Shown: positions 54,246 to 64,000 of the stretch, in pieces
Layout: each line of letters begins with the position of its first letter
Numbering within the stretch: the first letter of the stretch is position 1
Source: a virus
DNA: 64,000 bases
Virus record (IMG/VR): IMGVR_UViG_3300002026_002465
Span: 32,001-96,000 of that record
Reading direction: 5' to 3' (one strand)
Program-made: the position numbers and the translations under genes
Notes under the pieces: model-generated
Database searches by the model: none
What the model was told of the DNA's origin: nothing
Seen by the model: the letters and a program-made list of their open reading frames with translations, nothing else

Positions 54246-56507
54246 ATGGCGTTCGATATAAACACAAAAGCTAATATTGCTTTTAAACAAATTAAAGCTA
54301 AGGCCCATACTTCTAACAGCCGCGATCCTGTAAACGAACCTTTCGTAACAAGATCACTCTTGACAAGCAAAGATATTTGGGCACAACCAATATCACAAAC
54401 AATGTCAATTGCTACTGCTGTAAGTGAAGGAATTATTGGCCACGCTACTGCTGTTGATTTATCACTCTCTGCAGTAAGTGGAACAAATGATTTATCATCA
54501 AAGTATAGTGCCTATACACTAACAGTACCTGGAACTGTTCCAGCTGGTTTAGTTGGTAAAGTAAATCCACTAACAGGAGCAGAATATGCACCTGGAGATA
54601 GAGTTTCTAATATCATATTAGAAGCTTATTCTAATCAAAACTTTAGAGTTCATCTCTATACAAACTCAGGAAAAGCCGTAGAGGTTGCTCCTCTTGATGC
54701 TTGCGATTGGACAATTGATCCAGTAGCCGGTATTGTTGTTCAAGAAACTGATGTTGTTGCAAGTATGCTTGATTTATCAAGTGCTGTTCTTAGTTGCTAT
54801 GTATATGTTGGTGACACAGCTCAATCAGCAACTGCAACTGCAGGTTCTACTTCTTTAGATCTTGCTTACAATCAAGGTTCAGTTGTTGGTGTTGATAAAG
54901 CAGATCTTGATTTACAACTTAATGGTTATGGTTTTACAGTAAGTGATGCAACTGGAGCAAATGAATATGTTTCAGTAAAAGCTGGTGAAACTGTAATTTC
55001 AAATGACCTTGATGTTCAAGCAATTAAAGGTGATTATGTTACAACAGCAATTCCATTCGATAATGTTGGAGTTACTGCTCTTTCTACTAACCTCTCTGCA
55101 ACTTCTATCGTTGGTGCAATCAATGAAAATGCAGATGATTTACACACTTTAATAAATACAACTTTAACTTCAAAAACAAATGGATCATCTGGTGCTGATG
55201 GTATTGGAGTAACTGGTATTATTGGAGTTCTTCCTGAAGGTGGAACAGTTGGTGCAGATGCAACTCTTCAAGCTATGTTAGAAGGTCTTGCAAAATCTGC
55301 TGGTGGATTAAAAACATTCGCATCAATAGCTGCATTTACTGCTTCTAAAGCAGCAGGTGATTATCTACCAGTAAATACAATTGGTTATATTAAAGACATT
55401 GATAGAATGGTTATGGTTCTTGTTGAAGGTGTTGCTGTAGTTGAAGGAACTGATTATGATGTTCTTTGGGATATTAATCAACCATTAGGTGGTACAAACT
55501 TTAGAGTAACTTCAACTAGTGTTCAAATAGTTCCTAGTGGAGTTCTTACTCTCACTGGAACAGAATCAGCAGTTTTAACTGGTGATGATGCTATTCTTAC
55601 TCTTGATAAAACTGTTGCTTTAAGTGCAAAGACTGGAAATAAAGTTACCATCACTTCTGATACAGAAACAGAAATAAACGGTGGAGCTTTAGTTGATATC
55701 AATGCAACTGCTGTAACAATTGATGGTGATGTTGCAATCAATGGTGCAAGTAATGATGACTTCAAAGTAACAACTATTGGAGCTACTGGTGGTATTTTCC
55801 TTAAATCAGAATTCAAAACTGAAATAGACACTCCTGTTGTTAATGTAACAGGTGATGTTGTTATTGCTGCTAATAAAATACTCAGTGTTGACAAGATTAA
55901 TATTTCTTCTGTTGATCCTACAGACGCTGCTACAATTACTGGACAAAGAACTGGTATTCCATTCACTGGAAATAAGTTAAAGAATCCAGGATTTGAAAAA
56001 GGATCAGGTGCTAATGCAGATGATTGGACAGAAGGACCTAACTCAGGAAGAGATGCTACTGAAAAGTATTTTGATAACTATTCATTTGGTTATGAAAAAT
56101 CTTCAGAGCTTGGTGGTGATGTACCTATTCTTACACAAGCAATAACTGGTTTAAATCTTACAAATCATATTGTTTCTGTTTGGTTTAAAGGCTCAACTCA
56201 ATCTTCAGTTGATGCAGTTTTAAATGGAACTACAGTTGAAATTGTTCCTGCTAACACATCAGTTTCTGTATGGACAAGATTCTATAAAGATGTAACTCCA
56301 GGAACTGCCGCAGGCAATTTCTCACTTGTTGTAAATGGTGTTGCTGTGTTCATAATAACCATTTCTATGTTGATGCTCTTCAAGTTGAAGAGAAGGCTGC
56401 TCTTTCAGCACCAACTGGATTCTTCTCAACATATATGTCAGAACTTATTCTTCGTGTTGGTAACAATGCAGAAGATAAAATTTCATTCCAATCAGTTGCA
56501 CCTGTAG
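54246..56507 (+). CDS. Fibre-like protein, N-terminal part (probably frameshift-linked to 56435 ORF)
   Basis: CBM-like domain (LKNPGFEKG..W) breaks after VVNGVA at about 56345. Confidence 0.65.
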   Translation: MAFDINTKANIAFKQIKAKAHTSNSRDPVNEPFVTRSLLTSKDIWAQPISQTMSIATAVSEGIIGHATAVDLSLSAVSGTNDLSSKYSAYTLTVPGTVPAGLVGKVNPLTGAEYAPGDRVSNIILEAYSNQNFRVHLYTNSGKAVEVAPLDACDWTIDPVAGIVVQETDVVASMLDLSSAVLSCYVYVGDTAQSATATAGSTSLDLAYNQGSVVGVDKADLDLQLNGYGFTVSDATGANEYVSVKAGETVISNDLDVQAIKGDYVTTAIPFDNVGVTALSTNLSATSIVGAINENADDLHTLINTTLTSKTNGSSGADGIGVTGIIGVLPEGGTVGADATLQAMLEGLAKSAGGLKTFASIAAFTASKAAGDYLPVNTIGYIKDIDRMVMVLVEGVAVVEGTDYDVLWDINQPLGGTNFRVTSTSVQIVPSGVLTLTGTESAVLTGDDAILTLDKTVALSAKTGNKVTITSDTETEINGGALVDINATAVTIDGDVAINGASNDDFKVTTIGATGGIFLKSEFKTEIDTPVVNVTGDVVIAANKILSVDKINISSVDPTDAATITGQRTGIPFTGNKLKNPGFEKGSGANADDWTEGPNSGRDATEKYFDNYSFGYEKSSELGGDVPILTQAITGLNLTNHIVSVWFKGSTQSSVDAVLNGTTVEIVPANTSVSVWTRFYKDVTPGTAAGNFSLVVNGVAVFIITISMLMLFKLKRRLLFQHQLDSSQHICQNLFFVLVTMQKIKFHSNQLHL

Positions 56508-59500
56508 GTGGAACAATTAAAGAATTAATGGCTATTGATAATAGTCAAGTTAGAGTATATGGTGATCTTATTGTTGATGGTGCTACTACTACAATTAATT
56601 CTACAACACCTGTTCAGGATAATAAAGTTACTCTCAATAATGGAATGACTGGTGATCCTGCTACTAATATGCCAAATGGCGAAGCTGGAATCGAAGTTAT
56701 TCGTGGTTCTTCAGCTAAAGTTGCTGTTAGATGGAATGAAACAACTGATAAGTGGGAATTAACAAATGATGGTACAACTTATGGTGCAATCGTTACTGTT
56801 GGTGGTTCTTCTGGAATCTCAATGGATACTGCCTATAATGGTGGATCTGTAGTTACTGTTGATAATACAAACGTATCATTTGATCTTGCTCTCACAAAGA
56901 GCTTTACTGTCTCTGACCCAACTGATGCTTCAAAATTTGTTGTATCTGCTGGGTCAGGTGCCGATTCAATAAAGATTGATACAACTGGTGGAGTTGATAT
57001 TGATGTTGATGGTGGATTTGTTGTAAGTGATAATAGCGGTGCATCGTTTGAACTAAACACTAGTGGTGAAATTGGTATTTATGGTGCTTCTAATAGTACA
57101 GTAACACTTGGTGCAACAGGTTCCGGATGGGCACAACTTACATCACAAGGAAATACAAAAGTTTCATCAAGTGGAACAGGAGTTGAATCAATAAAGATTG
57201 ATACCCTTGGTGGAATTGATATTAATGCAGCTGCTACAAGCCCAATAACTATGGACTCAGGTTCATTCTCAATTGATGGTGTATTGGCTTCTAATGTAAG
57301 CGTAACTGGTGCAGACCTTACTCTCTCTACTATAACTTCTGGAAACGTTGTTATCTCATCTGACAAGAATATCACATTTAATGATGAGTTCTTGACTACT
57401 GCTCTTCCTCTTGGACAAACTGGTTATACAGGTCTTGTTACTGAATTTGCTTATAATTCACAAACTGGATTTAATTGGTCAGCAAGAGATATAGGAATAA
57501 CTGCTCCTACTTCTATAATTGGTGCAATAAACACAAATAGAGAAGACTTGTGGCAATATGTTGAGTTGTTAGCAACTCAAGGTGCCGCTGTTGGTGTCGC
57601 CGCTGGTGCTAACTTGATTGGTGTTGATGGTATCGTAAGCGTTATCCCAACTGGAAAAACACTCGGTGCTAATTCTAATCTTCAAGAAATGCTTGAAGGA
57701 ATTGCTTCTTCTGGTGGTGGTTCTTGTAAACACTTTGCTTCTGAAGCTGCATTCAAAACTGCTAAGGCTGGTGGAGAATACTTTAATCTTGGAACTCAAG
57801 TATACTTTATTGATACTGAAAGAGAAGCTCGTGTTCTTACTCAATCAGTAAATGCTGTTGAAGGAGCTGATTGGGCTTACTTATGGTCAACTGTAAGACC
57901 TCTTGCTGGTCCTGCATTCGTAGTTGAGAGTGCTTCTGTTGATATTGATGTTGCTGGTAGTGTTGCAATTGATGGAGCTACAGGTATTACTCTCGATTCA
58001 GTCGCTGCTATATCTCTTGATTCTACTGCTGCTTCTAATTTCTCAGTCGCTGGTGCTAACTTGACATTATCAACTGCAACTTCTGGTAACGTTGTTATCA
58101 ACGCTGCTACAACAGTTGATATTGATGGTGCTGCAATTGATATGGATTCTACTGGAACAGTAACAATCAATTCAGGAACAGATAAAGATATTACTCTTAC
58201 AACTGCTGGAACTGGTGATGTTGTTCTCGCTGGTAATGGTGTTAGAGCAAGTGTCACTGGAAATACTGGTGTTGATGCAGTTTATGTAAGTTCTTCTGGT
58301 GGAGTTCAAGTAACCTCTGCTGGTTTAGTTGATATCACTTCTGGTACATTCAGTCTTGATACTACAGGAGCTGGGGCAGATTCTATAAAGATTGATACTC
58401 TCGGTGGTATTGATATTGATGTTGATGGTGGATTTAGGGTAGATGATGCAGGTGGAAGTAAAATTGCTATTGGACACTTAGCAGTATTTGAAATTACTGC
58501 CGCTAATGGGCTTGTTGTTGATGTTAATGGTACTGGAAACTATAATACAACTATCGTAGGTGGATCATTCAACCTTGACATTGTAGATAATAGCACATCA
58601 AGTGCATTTAAGCTTAGAACTATCTCTGGTGGTATTGATATTGATACTGCAGCTACTAAACCAATAACTATGGACTCAGGTTCATTCTCAATTGACGGTG
58701 TGTTGGCTTCTAATGTAAGCGTAACTGCTGCTGATCTTACTCTTTCTACTATAACTTCTGGTTCTCTTGTTCTTGGATCTGCTGGTGCCTTAACACTTAA
58801 AGATTCATTCTTAACAGCAGGACTTCCTCTTTCTGAAACTGGACATGCTGCTTTAACTGGATTTGCTGCAACATCAATCGTTGGTGCATTGAATGAAGTT
58901 AGACTTGCAGCTACTAGTGCAAACACTCTTGATGAAATTTATGATGGTGAAGCTGGAACCAGAACAGTGACTATGGATAATGGATCAGTTCTCTTTAAGA
59001 TGACTGATACCTATGAATTCAATGTTGCTGACTCTGCTGCTGCAAAGATTCTTTCTGTTAAAGCTCTTGCAGCCGGTGATAAGGTTGATATTGTTGGAGC
59101 ACTTGATGTATCAGGAGATTCTACATTTGATAAAGTCACAATGTATGGAAATCTTGATCAATCAAATGGAACTGTTGTTCTTAATGCTACTGGAAATGTT
59201 GACATTGATTCTACAGCAGCATTTACAGTTGACGCTGCAAGCTTCAGCTTAGATGCTACAACAGCTTCTAATGTTACAGTTGCAGGTGCTGCTCTTACTC
59301 TTTCTACAACTGGTGCCTTTGATGTTAATGTTACTGCTGGAAAAGATGTTGTTGTATCTGCTGTTGCCTTTGATGCAAATCTTACTGGTGCCTTAACTGT
59401 TGATTCAATAGGTGCATCTAGTATTACAACTTCTGGTGGATCACTCACTCTTGCTACTGTTTCTTCTGGTGCAGTTATTGTATCCTCTATCGGTGCAGTA

Positions 59501-60034
59501 ACAGTTGATGGAACTGGAATCTCAATTGATGGAACTGCTGCTTCTAACTTTACAGTAAACGGTAATAGTCTTACTTTATCAACTGTATCAAGTGGAAATG
59601 TTGTTGTATCATCAGCTGGTGAATTAACATTCAAAGATTCTAGAACAGCTGCAATTCCTTTCTCTGATGCTGGTGCAACAGCCCTTCCTGGTGGAGCAAC
59701 ATCCATCCTTGGAGCCTTGAAGACAGCTTATGAAAAGTCAATTGATATTGGTTATGGAGAAAAGGATGTTAACTCAACTGATGTTACTAATGATTATGTT
59801 GTTGTAACAATTGAAGAGCTTCCTATTAATGGTGTAACATTCCCTGCTACTCCTACTGCTCTTAGAACTGCTGGAGTTTATGCTTCTGTATATCTCAATG
59901 GTCTTAGACTATCTGATACAGAATGGAAGTATAATTATGCTGGTAGTGTAAAACAAATTACATTTAACGGTTCAAATGATATCGTTCTTGTAAGTGGTGA
60001 TAAAATCATGGTTGAAGTCAACAAGATTAACTAA
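56435..60034 (+). CDS. Fibre-like beta-repeat protein, C-terminal part
   Basis: Frame is open from 56288 and supplies FYVDALQVEE before the ATG; repeated SNFSV..LTLST units; terminal VYLNG domain. Confidence 0.7.
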   Translation: MSELILRVGNNAEDKISFQSVAPVGGTIKELMAIDNSQVRVYGDLIVDGATTTINSTTPVQDNKVTLNNGMTGDPATNMPNGEAGIEVIRGSSAKVAVRWNETTDKWELTNDGTTYGAIVTVGGSSGISMDTAYNGGSVVTVDNTNVSFDLALTKSFTVSDPTDASKFVVSAGSGADSIKIDTTGGVDIDVDGGFVVSDNSGASFELNTSGEIGIYGASNSTVTLGATGSGWAQLTSQGNTKVSSSGTGVESIKIDTLGGIDINAAATSPITMDSGSFSIDGVLASNVSVTGADLTLSTITSGNVVISSDKNITFNDEFLTTALPLGQTGYTGLVTEFAYNSQTGFNWSARDIGITAPTSIIGAINTNREDLWQYVELLATQGAAVGVAAGANLIGVDGIVSVIPTGKTLGANSNLQEMLEGIASSGGGSCKHFASEAAFKTAKAGGEYFNLGTQVYFIDTEREARVLTQSVNAVEGADWAYLWSTVRPLAGPAFVVESASVDIDVAGSVAIDGATGITLDSVAAISLDSTAASNFSVAGANLTLSTATSGNVVINAATTVDIDGAAIDMDSTGTVTINSGTDKDITLTTAGTGDVVLAGNGVRASVTGNTGVDAVYVSSSGGVQVTSAGLVDITSGTFSLDTTGAGADSIKIDTLGGIDIDVDGGFRVDDAGGSKIAIGHLAVFEITAANGLVVDVNGTGNYNTTIVGGSFNLDIVDNSTSSAFKLRTISGGIDIDTAATKPITMDSGSFSIDGVLASNVSVTAADLTLSTITSGSLVLGSAGALTLKDSFLTAGLPLSETGHAALTGFAATSIVGALNEVRLAATSANTLDEIYDGEAGTRTVTMDNGSVLFKMTDTYEFNVADSAAAKILSVKALAAGDKVDIVGALDVSGDSTFDKVTMYGNLDQSNGTVVLNATGNVDIDSTAAFTVDAASFSLDATTASNVTVAGAALTLSTTGAFDVNVTAGKDVVVSAVAFDANLTGALTVDSIGASSITTSGGSLTLATVSSGAVIVSSIGAVTVDGTGISIDGTAASNFTVNGNSLTLSTVSSGNVVVSSAGELTFKDSRTAAIPFSDAGATALPGGATSILGALKTAYEKSIDIGYGEKDVNSTDVTNDYVVVTIEELPINGVTFPATPTALRTAGVYASVYLNGLRLSDTEWKYNYAGSVKQITFNGSNDIVLVSGDKIMVEVNKIN
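57242..58760 (+). repeat. Near-identical ~100-bp direct repeats 1419 bp apart (PITMDSGSFSIDGVLASNVSVT)
   Basis: 57242-~57340 vs 58661-~58760, mostly synonymous differences. Confidence 0.8.
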
Positions 60035-60050
60035 TAATTAATCAAGTATG

Positions 60051-60081
60051 AAAAGGAGGGGGTCAAACCCCTCCTTTTTTT
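60051..60081 (+). terminator. Intrinsic terminator (possibly bidirectional)
   Basis: AAAAGGAGGGG/CCCCTCCTTTT plus T-run. Confidence 0.85.
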
Positions 60082-60230
60082 ATGCCACTACCATCATATT
60101 TTTTATAGTAATCATAGAGATACTTTACTGTCTCTGCCATTGTTTTATTCAACTCAATTGATAAATGCATTACCTCTTTCCAATACCCCTCTCTTAATCT
60201 AATTGTCTTATATTGTTCTTTTTCTTCCAT
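60063..60230 (-). CDS. Ribbon-helix-helix DNA-binding protein (55 aa, absent from ORF track)
   Basis: Own translation MEEKEQYKTIRLREGYWKEVMHLSIELNKTMAETVKYLYDYYKKYDGSGIKKGGV*; SD AAGGA. Confidence 0.65.
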   Translation of the reverse strand: MEEKEQYKTIRLREGYWKEVMHLSIELNKTMAETVKYLYDYYKKYDGSGIKKGGV

Positions 60231-60339
60231 TTTGTTCCTTTATATATTTATATACAATTTATTAAAATAATTTATTCTATTTATTAAATATGCTACAAGA
60301 TAATCTAAACCACAAAACTATTAAAATTAGGAGGCTAAT

Positions 60340-63024
60340 ATGCCACGTATTCGTTCGGAACAGATTGCTAATTTTGGAATTAGTGATTTGCAGATTGCTT
60401 TAAATGCAGCAATCCAACAATCAAAAATTGCTGATCAACTCGCAGACCCACAAGGTTGGATTAGTAAAGGAACAATGAATGTTGTTGATTCATTTTCAAC
60501 AAACACAGCAGGTTATCAAGAATTCGGCTTAACTATTTCACCAACAGATGATTCAGGATTAAGACAAGAAACTATTTATTATTTTGAAGTAAATAATAAA
60601 GAATATGCAATCGCAACACCAGCTTCTGCACTAACACACCAACAAGTAGTTGATCTTATGCAAGCAGAAATATCAGGTGATGGTCTTGTTATTGCTATTG
60701 TAAACAATGATTATAGAATATCATCTGTTGCAACTGGATATGATAAAGTTGTTTTTATTAATCCAAATTGTACAAGACACCGCCTCCATGATTATTTAGT
60801 TGGATTTACATCATTTGAAAAACCAGTAAAGGGAACAGGAATTATATGGGGACCAGATCTTGCAGGAAGAATGTTCTTTGCTGCTGATACAAATGAAACA
60901 TATATTGGCGTAACAACCCAGCCATATTATCAATCATTAAGTGGTTCAGGTGCTGGTGAAAGTAAGATAACAACTGTTGTTGCTAATCAAGCTACAAACT
61001 GGAATGGAACTACTGCAACTATATTTAGATCTGAATATGGTTTTGCTCCTGATGGTTCAAATGTATTTGCATATTTAAACGGTCAATTATTACAATATGG
61101 TCCTGGTGGAAACAATGACTATCAAATTGAAATGGGAACTGGTACAGGTGGAGAGTATACTGATATCGTTTTAAATTCAAATTATAATATAACAGCAACA
61201 GATAAAGTAACGATGATAGTTTATATAAATAGTGAATTATCATCTTTTGCTACTAAGGCATATGTAAATAATAAATTTACAAATGGTGTAGAATTAAATG
61301 GTGATACAACAATTGATGGTAGTATTTTACCAGGACAGGGTGGATTATTTGATATTGGATCTACTACAGATACATGGAAAAACATATATCTTGGAGGATC
61401 AATTAAATTCTCACCAATAGGAACAGGTGACACAGCAGAAATTTATCATCAATTAGTTGGTGAAAACACTCAATTAAAATTCAAGATTGGTACTTCTGCT
61501 AATGATAAAATTATATTTGAAGATGAAAACAACACAGTAATTATGGCTATTGACGGTGAAGGTGGATGTACTATTCCTGGAAACTTAGTTGTTCAAGGAA
61601 CTACTACATATGCTAATGAAGATAATACAACTATAACAGATGCTGATTTTATTATTAAACAAGGTTCTGGTGATGGTGATGCTACATTCTCTGTAGAAAG
61701 AACAACAAATAACACTTCTATCAAATGGAATGATTCAATTGATAGATGGCAAGCTATTTATGGACCAACTGCTAATATAACTTCTACCATCCTTACAGAG
61801 GATGATTTGGTCAATGGAAAAAATCTTGATGCAAGATATGTTAATGAGAATCAAATTGTAGTATCAGGATCCACTGTAACTAGTGGTGCTGTAAAATATG
61901 CAGGATCATTTACTTCAGCCCCTCCTGATGGAGTTTTCTATGGTGGAACTATAAATCCAGATGCTCATGTAAGACTTAATTATGGTGGAGATTTATATGT
62001 ATCAGCTTTATATGCTGATGATATCTATGTTTCAGCAAGTTCACTTTATGTTAATGGTAAGAAAGCAATTGAAGATGATAATGATATAATGACATTCCGT
62101 GCTTCTGCTGATCAATCTATTCAAGTTAAAACAACTGGAACAGAAGGTGATATTGATTTAATATCAGTAGATAATATCACAGCAATTTCTGCTGGACACC
62201 TTGATTTCTCTATTTCAGGAACTAAAACTGGAAAAAATATATCATTTACAAACATTTCATCAGGTGGAGAAATTCAGTTTGCAGCAACTGGTAATAATGG
62301 AGTAATTCAAATACAAGCAGGTGGACCTCTTGCAGATGTTGTAAATATCAATACATCAGCAAATGCACCAACAGGAATAGGTAGACTTAACGTTGATGGT
62401 AATTTATATGCAACTGCATTTATTGGTAATATATCAACAGCTTCTAAACTTGAAACTGCAAGAACAATTTCATTATCAGGTGATACAACTGGTAGTATTA
62501 GTTTTGATGGATCTACGGATAAAGATATTGTAGTTTCAGTTAATAAAATAAGAGGTATTGCTTGTAATACTACAACAACTGATCCTACTGGAGCTAATAG
62601 ACTTAATATTGAAGGTTATGTTTATGCAACTAGAGTTTATAATGCAGTTTGGAATGACTTGGCAGAATTTATGCCTAAGGCAAAAGATTCAATGGCAGGT
62701 GATGTTATTATAATGACTTCATCTGGTGTTGCTCCTTCTGTTGCAAGGGCTCAAAAAGCAGTTGTTGGTGTTAATTCAGATACATATGGTTATATCCTTG
62801 GTGCTGAAGATCAAGAGAATAAAACACCAATTGGTCTTGCCGGTAGAGTTCAAGTTAAAGTTAAAGAAAAGTTAGAGATTGGTGATTTATTAGTAAGTGA
62901 TGAAGATGGTTTTGCTACTAAGGCAACGGCTGAAGAAGAAATGAGAGCTAGTATAATAATTGGAAAAGTTCTTGAAGAAAAAACAGATACAAATGTTTCA
63001 AGAATTTGGATGCTTATAAAATAA
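60340..63024 (+). CDS. Tail fibre/spike with C-terminal peptidase G2-like intramolecular chaperone
   Basis: NDLAEF..GDVI..VVGVNSD..PIGLAGRVQVKV..IGDLLV..GFA..IIGKVLE; AAGATA motif at 60297. Confidence 0.8.
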   Translation: MPRIRSEQIANFGISDLQIALNAAIQQSKIADQLADPQGWISKGTMNVVDSFSTNTAGYQEFGLTISPTDDSGLRQETIYYFEVNNKEYAIATPASALTHQQVVDLMQAEISGDGLVIAIVNNDYRISSVATGYDKVVFINPNCTRHRLHDYLVGFTSFEKPVKGTGIIWGPDLAGRMFFAADTNETYIGVTTQPYYQSLSGSGAGESKITTVVANQATNWNGTTATIFRSEYGFAPDGSNVFAYLNGQLLQYGPGGNNDYQIEMGTGTGGEYTDIVLNSNYNITATDKVTMIVYINSELSSFATKAYVNNKFTNGVELNGDTTIDGSILPGQGGLFDIGSTTDTWKNIYLGGSIKFSPIGTGDTAEIYHQLVGENTQLKFKIGTSANDKIIFEDENNTVIMAIDGEGGCTIPGNLVVQGTTTYANEDNTTITDADFIIKQGSGDGDATFSVERTTNNTSIKWNDSIDRWQAIYGPTANITSTILTEDDLVNGKNLDARYVNENQIVVSGSTVTSGAVKYAGSFTSAPPDGVFYGGTINPDAHVRLNYGGDLYVSALYADDIYVSASSLYVNGKKAIEDDNDIMTFRASADQSIQVKTTGTEGDIDLISVDNITAISAGHLDFSISGTKTGKNISFTNISSGGEIQFAATGNNGVIQIQAGGPLADVVNINTSANAPTGIGRLNVDGNLYATAFIGNISTASKLETARTISLSGDTTGSISFDGSTDKDIVVSVNKIRGIACNTTTTDPTGANRLNIEGYVYATRVYNAVWNDLAEFMPKAKDSMAGDVIIMTSSGVAPSVARAQKAVVGVNSDTYGYILGAEDQENKTPIGLAGRVQVKVKEKLEIGDLLVSDEDGFATKATAEEEMRASIIIGKVLEEKTDTNVSRIWMLIK

Positions 63025-63025
63025 T

Positions 63026-63059
63026 AAAAAGCGGCATCTTAAATGGTGCCGCTTTTTTT
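63026..63059. terminator. Bidirectional intrinsic terminator between convergent genes
   Basis: AAAAAGCGGCATC/GGTGCCGCTTTTT. Confidence 0.85.
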
Positions 63060-63085
63060 ATAAAAAAAGTATATAATAATTTTAA

Positions 63086-64000
63086 TTACGAATAGAATAT
63101 TTTTCTATCTCCTGATAAATACTTTAATTTATAGTTTTCTATCATTGAATCTTGAAGAAAATAAAATTGATTTAAATGATAATACTCGTTCAGTTCAATT
63201 TGTCTATAAAATGTTTTTAATCCTTGCCATGAATTAGAGTGTTTACCTAGACCTAAAACAGAATTTAAATATCCATTAATATTATTAGGCTTATCGAAAT
63301 AAATAAAGTTAAAATTAAAATCATAATTTTTTCTTAAAAAATTATAAAAATTTTCATTTGTTATATCTTTTTCATAATCATATTTATTGTTTTCTAATAT
63401 ATTTTTTAGTAATTTATCAATATAATTTATTTTTACATCTCTAAGTTTATTTTCAGCAAAATCATTATGAAATGTTGTTGTGAGTTTACTATATACAGTT
63501 ATTTTAGGAATATCAAGATTAGATAAGAAATTAAAATCATTTATCAATGTTTGATTGCTTTGATCTGAAAGCCCAGCCATTAAATCAACATTAATAATAT
63601 GCTTTTTATTTTTAAATTTATTAATAATATGTCTTAGTCTTTTTTCAATTATTTCTATTGACGGGTTAAATCTGTCTTCTGACGTTAAAGGTTGTGGACT
63701 TAATGATTGAATTCCTATACTTACTCTATTTATAAAATTAGAATCTGCTAAAAAATCTATTTTATCTTCAGTAAGAGTAGAGATACTTGTTTCAAAACTA
63801 TATATATTGTTGTTCATATCTAAATTAAAATTAGATTTTATCATATCAAACAATCTTTTCATTTGATATGGCTGGAGTAGTGATGCAGTCCCTCCACCTA
63901 TATAAAGAGACTTAAATACTTGATTCTTAAATAATGGTGAATACTCTTTCATTTGTAGTTCTAAATTATTTAAATAATCATTTATTTGTTCTTCATTTTT
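63086..64000 (-). CDS. HemN/HemW-like radical SAM protein, 5' end beyond window
   Basis: SLYIGGGTAS, RVSIGIQS, NVDLMAGL; frame open to window edge, CxxxCxxC not visible. Confidence 0.75.
   Translation of the reverse strand, partial: KNEEQINDYLNNLELQMKEYSPLFKNQVFKSLYIGGGTASLLQPYQMKRLFDMIKSNFNLDMNNNIYSFETSISTLTEDKIDFLADSNFINRVSIGIQSLSPQPLTSEDRFNPSIEIIEKRLRHIINKFKNKKHIINVDLMAGLSDQSNQTLINDFNFLSNLDIPKITVYSKLTTTFHNDFAENKLRDVKINYIDKLLKNILENNKYDYEKDITNENFYNFLRKNYDFNFNFIYFDKPNNINGYLNSVLGLGKHSNSWQGLKTFYRQIELNEYYHLNQFYFLQDSMIENYKLKYLSGDRKIFYS

Noticed and set aside
57242-58760. DGR template/variable repeat pair
   Set aside because: Differences are mixed synonymous changes, not adenine-specific, and no reverse transcriptase is in the window
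6450-59706. Most antisense and alternate-frame ORFs in the track (e.g. 6517-, 10402-, 51941-, 55523-, 59158-)
   Set aside because: Shadows of Gly/Ala/Thr-rich or low-complexity sense genes, with no SD or motifs
1-64000. Genome-wide TAG recoding (code 15)
   Set aside because: Coding density is already near complete under code 11, very long ORFs lack TAG, and TAG ends genes at natural family C-termini (e.g. the phosphoesterase)

Overview
A 64-kb AT-rich, gene-dense segment of a large (jumbo-type) contractile-tailed phage genome; no bacterial housekeeping context, capsid, sheath or polymerase genes are in the window. Left half (1-33 kb): accessory region with two tRNAs (an amber-suppressor CUA and Arg-GCG), three stand-alone receiver domains, a spirochaete-type STAS/zinc-ribbon protein, a metallophosphoesterase, two separate MoxR AAA+/zincin/vWA modules plus a lone vWA, dTMP kinase, HNH/RuvC/RecB-like/NucS-like nucleases, a Csx15-like protein (candidate anti-type III CRISPR) and many small orphans sharing a C-terminal hydrophobic ...IF motif. 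Right half (33-63 kb): baseplate/tail module (gp2-like, hub, tape measure, tube-initiator, LysM wedge, spike) and very large fibre-like proteins, a hidden RHH gene and a truncated HemN-like radical SAM gene. Three recurrent upstream motifs define probable promoter classes. Several 1-nt frameshifts suggest assembly errors or slippage. All family assignments are from motif recognition by eye, not database searches.
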